Assembly (NCBI RefSeq): GCF_006345805.1
Contig: NC_043019.1
Span: 25,543,360 to 25,607,359, forward strand
Reading direction: 5' to 3'
Length of the DNA: 64,000 bases
From: Octopus sinensis
Taxonomy: Eukaryota
The notes beneath the pieces are model-generated. The model worked only from the letters and a program-made list of their open reading frames with translations. It made no database searches and was not told where the DNA came from. Each line of letters begins with the position of its first letter. The stretch's first letter is position 1. This document shows positions 1 through 12,871 of this stretch, in pieces. The translations under genes were made by a program, and so were the position numbers.

Positions 1-445
1 ATAATTTAAAATCCTTTTCCATACATAATCAACAAAATTATGATCATCAGGTAGCAGAAAAGAGGTAGCAGAAACGATGATAAATTACCGTATTGAAACA
101 CCTGGCTTTAATTACTTTACATCCCCTTGCAATATATACATCTCCTCCATATCCGCTATCTCTAGTTCTTCCTCTAGTGACCACCACAGATGGAAAAGAG
201 GACGTTCGACGAACCACATTCTTTCACCACGAACTAACTTCCTCGGGTGGAATTCGAACTCAGAATGTTAACTACCTCAGTCCCTACGTTACAATTTGTG
301 TTTGTATATCCGCTGAGAAGGGGCTTAATTTTTTATCCATACCAGCTGTCTTTTAGGGGTTGCTATCAGCTACCCTCTTCCACACAGCATGTGAGACTTT
401 GTAGCTATTTTACATGAGAAAATAAAATTAAATCTTTGGCTGAAC

Positions 446-460
446 AATAATAAAAATAAA

Positions 461-534
<74 letters not shown>

Positions 535-548
535 TAATGATAATGATG

Positions 549-609
<61 letters not shown>

Positions 610-668
610 TAATAATAATATCAATAATAATAATGATAATATCAATAATAATAATATCAATAATAATA

Positions 669-724
<56 letters not shown>

Positions 725-733
725 GTAATAGTA

Positions 734-764
<31 letters not shown>

Positions 765-765
765 T
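446..765. repeat. (AAT)n microsatellite, 3' tail of the adjacent minus-strand SINE
   Basis: Direct: about 320 bp of AAT with AAC/GAT variants, abutting the SINE 3' end at 766. Confidence 0.97.
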
Positions 766-987
766 CCTTTCTATAATAGGTACAAGGCCTGAAATTTGGG
801 GGGGGATGGGGGCTGTCGATTAGATCGACCCCCAGTACGCCACTGATACTTAATTTATCGACCTCGAAGGGATGAAAAGGCAAAGTCGACCTCGGCGGAA
901 TTAGAACTCAGAACGTGAAAACGCACGAAACGTCGCCAGACATTTAACTCGGCAACATGCCACCAGATTCTGTCAGCTCGCTGCCTT
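766..987 (-). mobile_element. tRNA-derived SINE, family 1 (tail B)
   Basis: The minus strand gives a GGCAGCGAGCTGACAGAA head (A box), a B-box-like GAGTTCTAATTCC, the central GCCTTTTCATCCCTTCGAGGTCGATAAATTAAGT block shared by more than 15 copies in the window, and an (ATT)n tail. Confidence 0.9.
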
Positions 988-1006
988 CAATAACAATAAT
1001 AACAAC

Positions 1007-1075
<69 letters not shown>

Positions 1076-1162
1076 TAATAATATAATTAATATTATTATT
1101 ACTATATATTTTTTATTATTAGTATTATTATATTATTATTATCATTATCATTATTATTATTA

Positions 1163-1198
<36 letters not shown>

Positions 1199-1406
1199 TT
1201 AAAATCATTGTTTATATGTGTTGTTTATTGAGCAATTTATTTGTTGATATTTTTGTTGTTGTTGTCGTTTGCAGCATTTACACGAAAAACATGCACACGA
1301 TATTCACTGTATTTGTATACAAAGAACCAAATACACGCGTGCACGCGCGCGTACGTGCATGCATGCACGCGCGCACCTGTGTGTGCGTGTACGCGTGTAC
1401 GCGTGC

Positions 1407-1439
<33 letters not shown>

Positions 1440-1807
1440 TGTATGTTGGACACCAGACGGAAAAAGGTCTGGTGCCTGATGTTACTATTTATATCGTGTC
1501 CTGCTCTGTCGCTCTGTCCTGGAAAAATTTGCGGACTGACAATTAAAGATCGATAAAATAAATAATTATGTGAAATAAGTCCTTCGGGACCAATATGATA
1601 AAGTGAACCATTGAAGGTAGTGCTACATCATGGCCGCTGCCTAATACCTATAGATGTACAGGTTAGATCATGTATATATATATATATATATTTATAACAC
1701 CGATACATACATATATATATATATGATATATATATATATATAATATATATATATAATATATATATATATATAATACATATACATATTACAACACACACCA
1801 CACACAC

Positions 1808-1859
<52 letters not shown>

Positions 1860-2162
1860 ATGTATGTATGTGTATATACATGTTGCATGGATACCTGCAA
1901 ATACATTAGACGCACACCTGTAGCTGCGCACTTAAATTTCACTTATGAATACATATATGTAATATATATGGTATATATATATAGGTGCGTGTGTGTGTGT
2001 ACATTATATGGTATATATGTATATATGTTTGTATATATGTTTATGGGTAGTATATGTATGTATGCTTTCATATATATATATATATATATATAATATATAT
2101 AATATATCTAGGTAAGAGAGAGACTGACAGGAAATATATATATGAGAGAGAGATAGATAGAT

Positions 2163-2225
<63 letters not shown>

Positions 2226-2457
2226 TGCATACGCGGTCATACATATATTATGCGATTAAACGTCCGATAATATTTGTAGAGATGATATCCGCACACAGCC
2301 TCATCACTCCTTCTTGAAAAATGCACGTACACACACACACACACATACACACACACACACACACATACACACACACATCACACACACATCACACACACGC
2401 ACAGACATGCTCACATACATATATGCACACAAAGATATGCACATACACATACACACG

Positions 2458-2504
<47 letters not shown>

Positions 2505-2589
2505 CGGCACACGCACACACGAATACATGTGCAAACATGTGCAGAGCGAAACCCATACAGAAACACAAGCCCATACACATATATGTACC

Positions 2590-2622
<33 letters not shown>

Positions 2623-2971
2623 AGAGAGAGAGAGAGAGATGGAGAGGGAGAGAGCGAGAGAAAGAGAAAGAGAAAGAGAAAGAGAGAGAGAGAACGAGAC
2701 TAGCACCTGCATACAAAATACAAACCTACATACACAGCAACACACACACAGTGGAAGAGTTGGGGAGGAGAAAAGAAAGAAAAGAAGAAAGGAAGAAAGG
2801 AAGGAAGAAAGAAAGAAAGGAAGGAAGAAAGAAAGAAGGAAGAAAGTATGGAAGAAAGAAAGAGAAAGAAAGGTAGGAAAATGTGATGAAGACTGAAGGA
2901 TGGAATTTGGTGGAATATTCCAATAGGTGTGTGATTGTAGTGTCCACTGTAGTAATAGTAGTAGTCGTAGT

Positions 2972-3007
<36 letters not shown>

Positions 3008-3815
3008 CTGTAGTGGTGGTGTTAGTGGTGGTGGTGTTAGTGGTGGCGGTAGAGGTAGTAGTAGTAATAGTAGTGGCAGTGGCTGTAGTGGTGGAATTGG
3101 TGGTGTTGGTAGTGGTAGTGATATGGTGGTGGTGGTGGTGGCGGTGGTTGTGCTGGTGGTTGTGGTCGTAGTAGTGTTGTTGGTGGTGGTTGTGCTGGTG
3201 GTTGTGCTGGCGGTTGTGGTCGTGGTCGTGGTAGTAGTCGTAGTAGCAACACCTACAGTACGCAATCGTGCCAAAGAAGGAACTTCTATGTGGTCACTAC
3301 ACATGCTAGATATAGCTGCCAAATCTGCTTCAAATCACTCCCTACTGTCTTCAGTAAGCAAAGGACACCGATTAATAAAGTATTTTGTGAAACTACAAAA
3401 TTTAAGTGATCACAGAAGGAATACCTTCGATCAATCTATAGGCTCAGGCAGCTTTGGCCTGGGGCTAAACAACCAACTAAGCAACAGCAGTATATAGCCA
3501 TTCGATTTGCTAGAAATAGCAGTTAAAGCTCTTTTCAAATCACAGACAACCATCTGAGTAAAGATGTACACTTTAGGGACCAAATCCCTAAGTGCTGTGT
3601 AACTAGGTTTCAGACACGCTGGCCACGGTTGGAATGTATTTTATTATACAGCTGTCCGATCAGGACAAAGCTGCGTGTATGTTACAACAACAACAATAAC
3701 AATAAACAAAGAACAACAGCAACAGGTTAGGCAAGAAGAAACTTATGATGAACAGCAACAGACGACAGCTGCAGCAGCAGCAGCAACAACAAAAACAACA
3801 ACAACAATAATAATA

Positions 3816-4583
3816 CTCCTTTCTATTATAACCACGTGGCTTGAAATTTGTGGGGAGGAGGCCAGTCGATTACATCGACCCCATTATACAACGGGTACTT
3901 AATTTATCGATCACGAAAGGATGAAAGGCAAAGTCGACCTCGGTGGAATTTGAACTCCGAGCGTAAAAACGGGCGGAATACCTATTTCTTTACTACCCAC
4001 AAGGGGCTAAACACAGAGAGGACAAACAAGGACAGACAAACGGATTAAGTCGATTACACCGACTCCAGTGCGTAACTGGTACTTAATTTATCGACCCCGA
4101 AAGGATGAAAGGCAAAGTCGACCTCGGTGGAATTTGAACTCAGAGCGTAAAAACGGGCGAAATACCTATTTCTTTACTACCCACAAGGTGCTAAACACAG
4201 AGAGGACAAACAAGGACAGACAAACGGATTAAGTCGATTACATCGACCCCAGTGCTTAACTGGTATTTAAATTATCGATCCCGAAAGGATGAAAGGCAAA
4301 GTCGACCTCGGTGGAATTTGAACTCCGAGCGTAAAAACGGGCGAAATACCTATTTCTTTACTACCCACAAGGGGCTAAACACAGAGAGGACAAACAAGGA
4401 CAGACAAAGGGATTAAGTCGATTACATCGATCCCAGTGCGTAACTGGTACTTAATTTATCGACCCCGAAAGGATGAAAGGCAAAGTCGACCTCGGCGGAA
4501 TTTGAACACAGAACGTAACGGCAGACGAAATACGGCTACGCATTTCGCCCGGCGTGCTAACGTTTCTGCCAGCTCGTCGCCTT
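3816..4583 (-). repeat. Tandem array of family-1 SINE units, period 184 bp
   Basis: CCTATTTCTTTACTACCCACAAGG recurs at 3981, 4165 and 4349. One full SINE head ends at about 4583, followed by three 5'-truncated units. Confidence 0.95.
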
Positions 4584-4744
4584 TTATGATTTGTTTAATA
4601 ACAATTTCTTTTATTTGCCACCAGGATGAGTGGAGTGGGTGGAGGGGTGGATACAATACAACGACAGGCATAATGTATGAAGGTTTACATATAACGAAAT
4701 GATGATTAAAAAAAAGAGTATGAAGGATATACAATAAAGCAGTG

Positions 4745-5020
4745 AGTTGATTTAGTTGACAGAAACTGAAAGAAGCCCTACGTATGTGTGTGTTTGTCTT
4801 TGCGTATGTATTTGTCCCCCCACGCATCACAGCTTGACAACTGGTATTGGCGTGTTTACGCCCCCGTTACATACCTGTTCGGCAAAAGAGAGCGACAGAA
4901 TAAACACAAAGCCATGAAAAATAAGTCCTGGGGTCGATTTGCTCGTCTAAAACCCTTCAAGGCGGTGCTCCAGCACGGCCGCAGCCATACAACTGAAACA
5001 AGTAAAAGAATAAAGGAATA
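4745..5020 (+). mobile_element. SINE family 2, 3' portion
   Basis: Matches the 3' half of the full copies at 6245 and 33255 (GTTCGGCAAAAGAGA...GGCGGTGCTCCAGCA...GAAACAAGTAAAAGA). Confidence 0.85.
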
Positions 5021-5059
5021 AATGTATAGCTATAATACCGCAGTAAAAGGATAGAAGCC

Positions 5060-5232
5060 GGGAAATGATGGTAGTGATGTGGTCCTCGCGATATAAGAGA
5101 ATCCCTACAGATAACCAAGGAACCCCACCATCTAAGATCTCCCAGAATATCAAGGGCAGGTGCCCTCTCCAATCCCTGTTCTCCGATTTCCGGTTTTATC
5201 CTTAGAGCGGTACCATCCACTCTTGCCATATC
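5060..5232 (-). mobile_element. L1/Tx1-like LINE 3' end fragment
   Basis: Minus-strand ARVDGTAL plus the following UTR are homologous to VRVDGTAL and the 3' UTR of the Tx1-like element at about 26760-27140. Confidence 0.7.
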
Positions 5233-5610
5233 GACCAGATATTATTACCAAAAATCATCAGAAAAAAAGAAATGTTTCTTAATCGATATATCGATCCCAA
5301 CAAATGGTAATATTTGCCTCAAAGAAATTAAGAAATTACCAGAGTAATAAAGATCTCGAAATAGAGACAAGCGGAACATGGATGGAGGGGAACTGAAAAC
5401 AGCAAGCATCCATATAACAGGTGAGCAACGGCGTTGGGAATGATGAAAAGATGTATGATGGGCAGATACAACCGTATCTTCACCTCATTTGCAGACAATC
5501 GCAATGACGGACACAACACATAGAAATCATGGAAAGTATTGGCTTCTAATATAATGGAAGCAACAGATTTAAAAGAAAATGGAACAAATACCCAAGGTGC
5601 ATCACACAAA
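5232..5610 (+). mobile_element. R4/Dong-like RLE retrotransposon 3' fragment A (degenerate)
   Basis: Frameshifted RPDIITKNHQKK-CFLIDISIPTNGNICLKEIKKL-KDLEIE, i.e. the PD-(D/E)xK restriction-like endonuclease, followed by a UTR and (AAT)n. Confidence 0.8.
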
Positions 5611-5631
5611 TAATAATAATAATAATAATAA

Positions 5632-6775
5632 ACAGTGGACCACCTAATCTCTGGATGTAAAGTCTTAGCACCAGTAGAGTATAAATTAAGACATGACAGA
5701 GTATAAATTAAGACATGACAGAGTTGGCCAATATCTACACTGGCTAATGAGTCGGTATTACATATCAAAACTGCCGACAAGTGGTATATCACCACCCTGA
5801 AGCTGTAACTGAGGAAGAAAATGTACGATTCTGTGGGACTTTCCAGTACATACAGACCGAACCATCAAGCCAATATAACCGGATATTATTGTGAAAGACC
5901 AAAACAATAAAGTTGCTTATTGATCGACATGAGCATCCCCTGTGATCATAATATCTCGGCGAAAGAGTTTGACAAGCTCAGAAAATATAAAGACCTGCTC
6001 ATTGAAATTGAGGAAACGTGGCATCTCAAGGCGTTACAATACCAGTGATCGTAGGAGCACTAGGAATGATCAAGAGGGAACCGAAATTATGAGAATGATC
6101 CCGGGCTTACCATCCCTGCAAGAAGTGCAAAAGATTGTCTTAACTGGTACATCCACGTATGAGAAGAGCATTGTCGATGTGAGAACTATTACTACCCATG
6201 TATTTTAATTTAACTTTAAAAAAAAATTACGAACTGAATGAAAAGGCGCAGGAGTGGCTTGTTGTAAGTAGCTTGCTAATCAACCACATGGTTCGGGTTC
6301 AGTCCCACTGCGTGGCATCTTGGGCAATTGTCTTCTACTATAGCTTCGGGCCGGACTAGAGCCTTGTGAGTGGATTTGGTAGACGGAACTGAAGAAGCCT
6401 GTCGTATATATGTATATATATATATGTATGTGTGTGTTATGTTTGTGTGTTTGTGTTTGTCCCTCTAGCATTGCTTGACAACCCCGACGCTGGTGTGTTT
6501 TATGTCCCCGTTACTTAGCGGTTCGGCAAAAGAGACCGATAGAATAAGTATGGGCTTACAAAAGAATAAGTCCCGGGTCGAGTGCTCGATTAAAGGCGGT
6601 GCTCCAAGCATGGCCGCAGTCAAATGACTGAAACAAGTAAAAGAGTAAAAGAGAACTAGTGAGTTTGAGTTTAATGGCCTACCAATGTATACTATGAGTT
6701 TCTCTTTGCCCTAGGAGTCGGGAAGACCTCGGCAAGAAATGGAAGCAAATTTGAAAGGAAGAAGAAAAAAAGAAT
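5632..6775 (+). mobile_element. R4/Dong-like RLE retrotransposon 3' fragment B, SINE inserted in 3' UTR
   Basis: TVDHLISGCKVLAPVEYKLRHDRVGQYLHW...PDIIVKD...LIDMSIPCDHNISAKEFDKLRKYKDLLIEIE...LQEVQKIVLTGT across frameshifts. Starts right after (AAT)n. Contains a 22-bp tandem duplication at 5676-5719. Confidence 0.88.
6245..6653 (+). mobile_element. tRNA-derived SINE family 2, full length
   Basis: tRNA-like head GGCGCAGGAGTGGCT...GGTTCAGTCCC, CORE-like CTTGGGCAATTGTCTT, internal (TA/TG)n, and (GAGTAAAA) tail. Near-identical copy at 33255. Confidence 0.92.
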
Positions 6776-6835
6776 AATAATAATAATAATAATAAATAAT
6801 AATAATAATAATAATAATATAATAATAAATAATAA

Positions 6836-7985
6836 CAACACTCTGATAACTGGATGTTAAAACTTGTCTTAATGCATGAAAACAAGAAAGCATCATACTC
6901 AGTAACAAAACAGGCAAAGGAATAGCTAAATGAATTCCAAATACAACAAATTCCAGAATTAGATGTACTGGAAACAAGCACGGAAAAAGCTAAGCGTATG
7001 AAAACCCGTGCTAAAACTGCTGCCTTAGGTACTCTTACAAATAAATGGTAAGAAAAACCTCTCAAAAGCAAATACCTAGAGAGCTAATAATGCCGATGTT
7101 GAAAAAGCCGTTATCCATCAATGGTTAGTGTCTTCTGGTTCAAAATCAGAAACAGAAGGGTTTATCATAGCAGCCCAAGATCAATGTCTACCTACAAGGA
7201 GCTACCAGGCCAACATATTAAAGAACGGCAGCTGTCCAACATGTCGTGTATGTAAACAACAAAATGAAATCCATTGATCATGTCTCCATGTACAGTCTCC
7301 TTGCGCCTAGAGTATCTCAACAGACATGATAGAGCAGCACAATATATTCACTGGGTAATTCGCAAACACCTGGACCTGCCCTATGATAAAAACTGGTGGG
7401 AACACAAACCACCTTCATTGCTTGAAAATGATCACATCTCACTCCTCTGGAACTTCACCATTCAAACTGACAGAAAGATAGATGCGAATAGGCCAGACAT
7501 CATTTTGAAAGACTTCAGACAAAAATCATGCCTCCTCATTGATATGACTGTCCCAATCGACATAAGTGTATCTGTCAAGACCAACCAAAAACGGAGCAAG
7601 TATAAAGATCTTGAAATAGAAATTGGCAAAATGTGGAAGCTCACGACTAAAACAATACTTGTTGTCATAGGTGCCAGACGAATGATAGCAAAAGGGGCCG
7701 ATTCCTACATAGCTCTGATACCAGGAAATCCCAAAATGACAGAAATTCAAAAGATAGTGCTCATGGGAACTGCCCGTATCCTACGTAAAATATTGTGTAT
7801 GTAATCTCAAATTTTAAAACAAACTTATGTTCTCTTAAACATTCTCTAGGACAATACTATGTACAAAACCAAATATATGACACCTTAGGCATAACACCAA
7901 CTTGAACTTTTAACTTTCTTTGGAGGTCACTGGAGGTCTGACTTGGAGTCAACTTGTACAAATACAAAGCAAAAGTCAAGTATAT
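6836..7985 (+). mobile_element. R4/Dong-like RLE retrotransposon 3' fragment C
   Basis: SETEGFIIAAQDQCLPTRSYQ, a CxxC zinc knuckle, then ORF 7274-7804 (RHDRAAQYIHW...RPDIILKDFRQKSCLLIDMTVP...KYKDLEIEI...QKIVLMGTARILRK). (AAT)n on both sides. Confidence 0.93.
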
Positions 7986-8096
7986 AAAATATATAATATA
8001 ATAACAATAACATAATAATAATAACAATATAATAATAATAATAATAATAATCATAATATAATAATAAATATAAATAACACAACAAACAACAATAAC

Positions 8097-8169
<73 letters not shown>

Positions 8170-8175
8170 TAATAA

Positions 8176-8330
8176 CTCTGTAGAAACTCAACCCTCCTCC
8201 ACACAGCGTGGGTTTTGAGAAAATGTCCGGCAAGTCAACCGTAGTGGCCAAAATATTTCTAACAGTGAAACACAACAGTACCAGAATGATCAAGTAAATT
8301 ATTATACCACATCGGCCATTATGTGGATTA
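8176..8330 (+). mobile_element. Very short R4/Dong-like 3' end D
   Basis: Immediately after (AAT)n it reads L*K-STLLHTAWVLRK, resembling the QKIVLMGTARILRK C-terminus of copy C. The match is short and the 3' boundary is uncertain. Confidence 0.5.
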
Positions 8331-8416
8331 CAGAACGAGAGGAAGTTTGCTGCTGAATTAAAATTTACGAACCAAGTATCACAGGGACCTCGTACACCGA
8401 GAATACTTGAAAATCT

Positions 8417-8795
8417 TCTCTATATATAAACGGCAGTTTGTCTGTGTGCGTGTCTGTGTGTCTGTTAGGTTGTACCCTCACCCTGACCACGGCTTTCAAC
8501 CGATTCTGATTGAACTTGACACACACATAGCCCAATGTCATAATTCAAAACTAACGCAGCGAAAATTTTGAAAAGTTCCCCCAGTTCTGAAAAAAATCGA
8601 TAAATTCGACATGGGGTCGAGAATCAGAAACACAAACTACAGACTGTCTAGGGGACGCAACTCGACCTTTTTAACTCCAAAAAATTTACCATCATTTTTT
8701 CCCCATTTTTTTGCTATATTTTGGCTATAACTATCTAAAAATGTTTTATAGTTATTTCCCTTACAAACCCGAGCAACGCCGGGCGATACTGCTAG
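8417..8795 (+). mobile_element. Non-autonomous Helitron-like element
   Basis: 5' TC start, 3' hairpin CCCGAGCAACGCCGGG, and CTAG|T terminus. Near-identical copy at 20628-20996. Confidence 0.85.
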
Positions 8796-8814
8796 TGTAA
8801 TATAAAAGGAACAA

Positions 8815-8931
8815 GACGGGCTTCTTTCAGTTTGTGTCTACCAATTGTGGGCTATAGAAGAAGATACCCAAGGTGCCACGCGGTGGGACTGAACCTGGAA
8901 CTATGTGGTTGGGAAACAAACTTCTTACCAC
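8815..8931 (-). mobile_element. SINE family 2, 5' fragment
   Basis: Reverse complement of the family-2 head (TGTGGTAAGAAGTTTG...GGTTCAGTCCCACCGCGTGGCACCTTGGG). Confidence 0.8.
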
Positions 8932-8994
8932 AAATCAAAGTCTGCGACTCTATATATATTATTTGTATGTGTGTGTGTGTGTATGTGTGTGTGT

Positions 8995-9038
<44 letters not shown>

Positions 9039-9231
9039 TAAAATTTCCTTTTTCATGTAGATCCATCATTAATATAGTTCCAGCTCTGAAATCAATACTT
9101 TATTACATAATCGAATAATCGATGTCTGAACAGTTAAATCGTGTATTTTGTCCATCAGTCTGATCAACTCTAAGTATTAATCTTGGAGTAATAAATGTCG
9201 AGATTTAACCATATTAATGATAATCTTTACG

Positions 9232-9424
9232 ATTTTAGGCAGAAGGCCCGAAATTCGTCGGAAAGCGGTTAGTGGATCACATTGACAAGTACTTAATACA
9301 TCGATCCCGAAAGGATGAAAGGAAAAATCGACCTCGCGGAATTTGAACTCAGAACGTAATGACGGACGAAATACCGCAAAGCGGTTTGCCCGGCGCGGTA
9401 ACGACTCTGCCAGCTCGTCGCCTT
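9232..9424 (-). mobile_element. SINE family 1
   Basis: Family-1 head and central block, with an internal deletion near the tail. Confidence 0.88.
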
Positions 9425-9519
9425 TCCGGTATCAAGGATATTGCTTCCAAAATGTAAATGTAACGCATTTGTGTATACCATGAGATGTAGTCATGTGCGC
9501 GCGTGGTGTGTGTGGAAGA

Positions 9520-9654
9520 GAGAGACAGGGAGAGAGAAAGAGACAGACAGATAGACAGACAGAGACAGAAAGAGAGATAGAACAGAGACAGACAAAAAGA
9601 AGTCAGAAAGAGAAAGAGACAGACAGACAGACACAGACAGAAAGAGAGATAGAC

Positions 9655-9691
<37 letters not shown>

Positions 9692-9791
9692 AAGTGATAG
9701 ACAGACAGACAGTCAGACACAGAGACAGACGAAAGAAAGACAGAGAGAGAAAGAGAGAGACAGACAGAAAGGGAGATAGACAGAAAGAGAC

Positions 9792-9826
<35 letters not shown>

Positions 9827-9865
9827 CAGAGAAAGTGAGAGAAACAGAGACAGAGACAGACATAC
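9520..9865. repeat. Degenerate (AGAC/AG)n low-complexity tract
   Basis: Direct inspection. Confidence 0.9.
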
Positions 9866-10098
9866 ATATATATATATACTTGCATATATATATCCAAAGG
9901 GGTTTTAATACGGTAGTTACAAATTAGTATTTATAGCTTCTCGATCCACCATCCGAATAAAAGTATTATTTCACGTTCTCTCGAAGTTTAAAATTTTTAT
10001 GACGTCAGCATACATACGTGCATGCACACACACTCACACATACATACATACATATATAGACACACTCACACACATACATACATACATACATACATACA

Positions 10099-10132
<34 letters not shown>

Positions 10133-10254
10133 CATACACATAGGGTGTTCAGGCTAAATTTAAAGGTTTTAACTTTCTTTTTTTACAAGAAATCTTGATG
10201 TATTGAACAGTCAACGGCGTTGGAAAGCATAAAGATTAAAGCTGTAGTATGTAT

Positions 10255-10312
<58 letters not shown>

Positions 10313-10407
10313 CGACGCATATATCCTCCAAATAAATTCTAGTCTAGTCTATAATGAATTGTTAATTGCTGAATCTAATTCGGTGTTTTACTAGTTTTTA
10401 GATATTT

Positions 10408-10622
10408 TAAGGCGAGTTGGCAGAATTGTTAGTGCGTTGCCGGACGAAATGCTGCTAAGCATTTCGTCCGACTTTCTATAGCTCAAATTCCGCCGAGGTT
10501 AACTTTGCCTTTCATCCTTTCGGGGTCGATAAAATAAGTACCAGTTACGAATTGGGATCGATATAATCGACTGAACCCTGCCTCTGAAACTGCTGGCCTT
10601 GTGGCAAAATTTAAAGCCAGTA
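10408..10622 (+). mobile_element. SINE family 1 (tail B)
   Basis: GGCGAGTTGGCAGAA head, CAAATTCCGCCGAGG, central block. Confidence 0.88.
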
Positions 10623-11204
10623 TCTAATTGCTGAATTTAGTTCAGTGCTTTAACAAACGACCGTAGTACATACGCTTTACCTATTTAATGAAATATTAAA
10701 GATTATACGATGTTTAAATTTAAGAAATAAACCCTACCTCCCACGTCAGCATTATTGGCTTTGAATATAAGCCATGAAATGGGGGCAGGGATAGGGTTAG
10801 GGTGGCGTAAGGTTAAGGTAGGACAGGGTCGATAAGCAGCAGTGAAAAAAAAATATGAAAGAAACAAGAAGGGGATCGATATTTTGATCGAGAGAGTAAG
10901 AGATGGGGTTCAGTGTGGGGATGCGATAAACGTTGACAATAAAGAGATATTAATTTAATGAATTGCTGAGGCGGGAAATGGAGAGAGAGGGGCAGAGTGA
11001 GGAGATAGTGGGAGAGAGAGAGGGGGTAGTAGGAGAGAGAGAGAGGAGGAAAGTGGGAGGAAGAAAATGTGAAAGAGAGAGGAGGGAGAGAGGGAAGAAA
11101 AGAGTAAGAGAGAATGTGTTGAAGAGAGAAAGAGAGGAAAGAGAGAGAGAGAGAGAGAAAGCGGGTTGGGATAGACGTCGGTTTAAAGAAGAGAAAGGGA
11201 GAGA

Positions 11205-11636
11205 GTGTAAACCGGTGTTGATATGTTTACATTCTCATAGTGGTTTATCAAAAGAGACCAATATGATAAATATCGGGCTTTAAAAGGTCCTAGGGTCGAT
11301 CATTCGACTAAAAATTCTTCAAAGCGGTGCCCCAGCATGGCCACAGTGTAATGAGTGAAGCAAGTAACAGATAAAAGATTATGTATTTGCTGAAGTTCTC
11401 TTTGAAGAAAATGACGAAGCAGAAACGGGTCATAAGGAAGAGATTCGCACAAGGCCCAAAATTTTGGGGGAGGAGCCAGTCGATTAGATAGACCCCAGTA
11501 CGCAACTGGTACTTAATTTATAGAAGTCTAAAGGTTGAAAGGCAAAGTAGACCTCGGCGGAATTTGAACTCAGAACGTAAAGGCAGGCGAAATGCCGCCA
11601 AGCATTTCGCCCGGAGTGCTAACAGTTCTGTCACTT
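11205..11636. mobile_element. SINE family 2 3' fragment (+, about 11205-11380) and family 1 copy (-, about 11440-11636)
   Basis: Shared diagnostic blocks with other copies in the window. Confidence 0.8.
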
Positions 11637-12475
11637 CTGCGATGAAATGGATGCTATTTTTTCATATCTATACATCGCGACTGAGTTATCTACAAAAGAT
11701 ACAAGTCATATACATGTATATCTACATACATTGTCGGGTTCTACAAAATCCATGTAACTTATTGGACAATGACAACGTCAGAACTCTTCGCCAGATAAAC
11801 AGGATGTGTGTGTGTGTGTGCATGTGCATGTATGTATATACCGTAATTGTTTCTTAGATTCACTCAACAAATCATATCTTGCATTTTGTAAGTAATAGCG
11901 TCATTTTTAGAGAGACAATCCTTCACTCACTTCACTTCCCAGAGCGAAAATACTAAGCAGTGTCCGACAACATGGGCAGAATATATACTACTGATTAAAT
12001 TTCACTCATAAAACATTCTTCAACAAAATCCAGTAGAACCAGAAAGTTTAAACACATTACTGAGAAAGGGAAGGTAAATTTAAACAATGTTACTGCAGGC
12101 ATATAGCTGAAAAGTGTTATCGTTCAGCAAGCTCAAATTACATTTGGCATTTAAAAGAACCTGTTTACTCATTTTTCACCACGGGTGGAAAATGCCTCAA
12201 TGACGTACGTATAATATCGATGGGACAAAAAGATGTAATATTTGTACAGCCGAGAAGAGACTCATACTGAATAACTTCAGTTTCATGAATTATCTAAGCA
12301 CAAGATCAGAACCTTTGAACAATGCCACATTCTTCATATGTATCCGTTAACATTTTGGAAATTATTGTTCCACTAAATTAAGTAGACAAACACCGAACTA
12401 TCTTACGCACTCATTAAATAATTTGATTTTATTTCTGCAATATGGTAAAACGTTTATTTAAATTATTTATATGAT

Positions 12476-12757
12476 GGAGTCTCTTGTCGAAGATGACGTA
12501 TGAGCGTTCAGATTTTGCCGGACGATCAGTACAACTGATTTGTTTATAGTGATCAAGTGTTTGTGCCACATATTAGCTCACTTCTTCCATCGAATCGACG
12601 TTGCCTGAACAAGTGCACTGTGTGCTACGCGTCACGTGTCGACGTGATCGCAGAGCAACGCGAGATGTGTTGTGTTTTGCACAAGACCACAACGCACCAC
12701 CCGGCCTAGGAATTGAAACCATTATCTCGCGATCGTCAGTGCAACACGTTAACTACT
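12476..12757 (-). mobile_element. Diverged tRNA-derived CORE-like SINE
   Basis: The minus strand has B-box-like GGTTTCAATTCC followed by GTTGTGGTCTTGTGCAAAACAC, a CORE-like block also seen at about 53240 and 56090. Confidence 0.65.
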
Positions 12758-12814
12758 GTGTGTGTGTGTGTCTGTGTGTCTCTGTATGAGTGTGTAGCTA
12801 GCTAGCTAGACATA

Positions 12815-12871
<57 letters not shown>

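Noticed and set aside
3816-4583. Regular repeat array as a possible CRISPR
   Set aside because: The units are whole 184-bp SINE pieces with no unique spacers, there are no cas genes, and the context is eukaryotic.
8051-8293. Minus-strand signal-peptide-like ORF MIILVLLCFTVRNILA...
   Set aside because: Better explained as the antisense of a short Dong 3' end running into (AAT)n.
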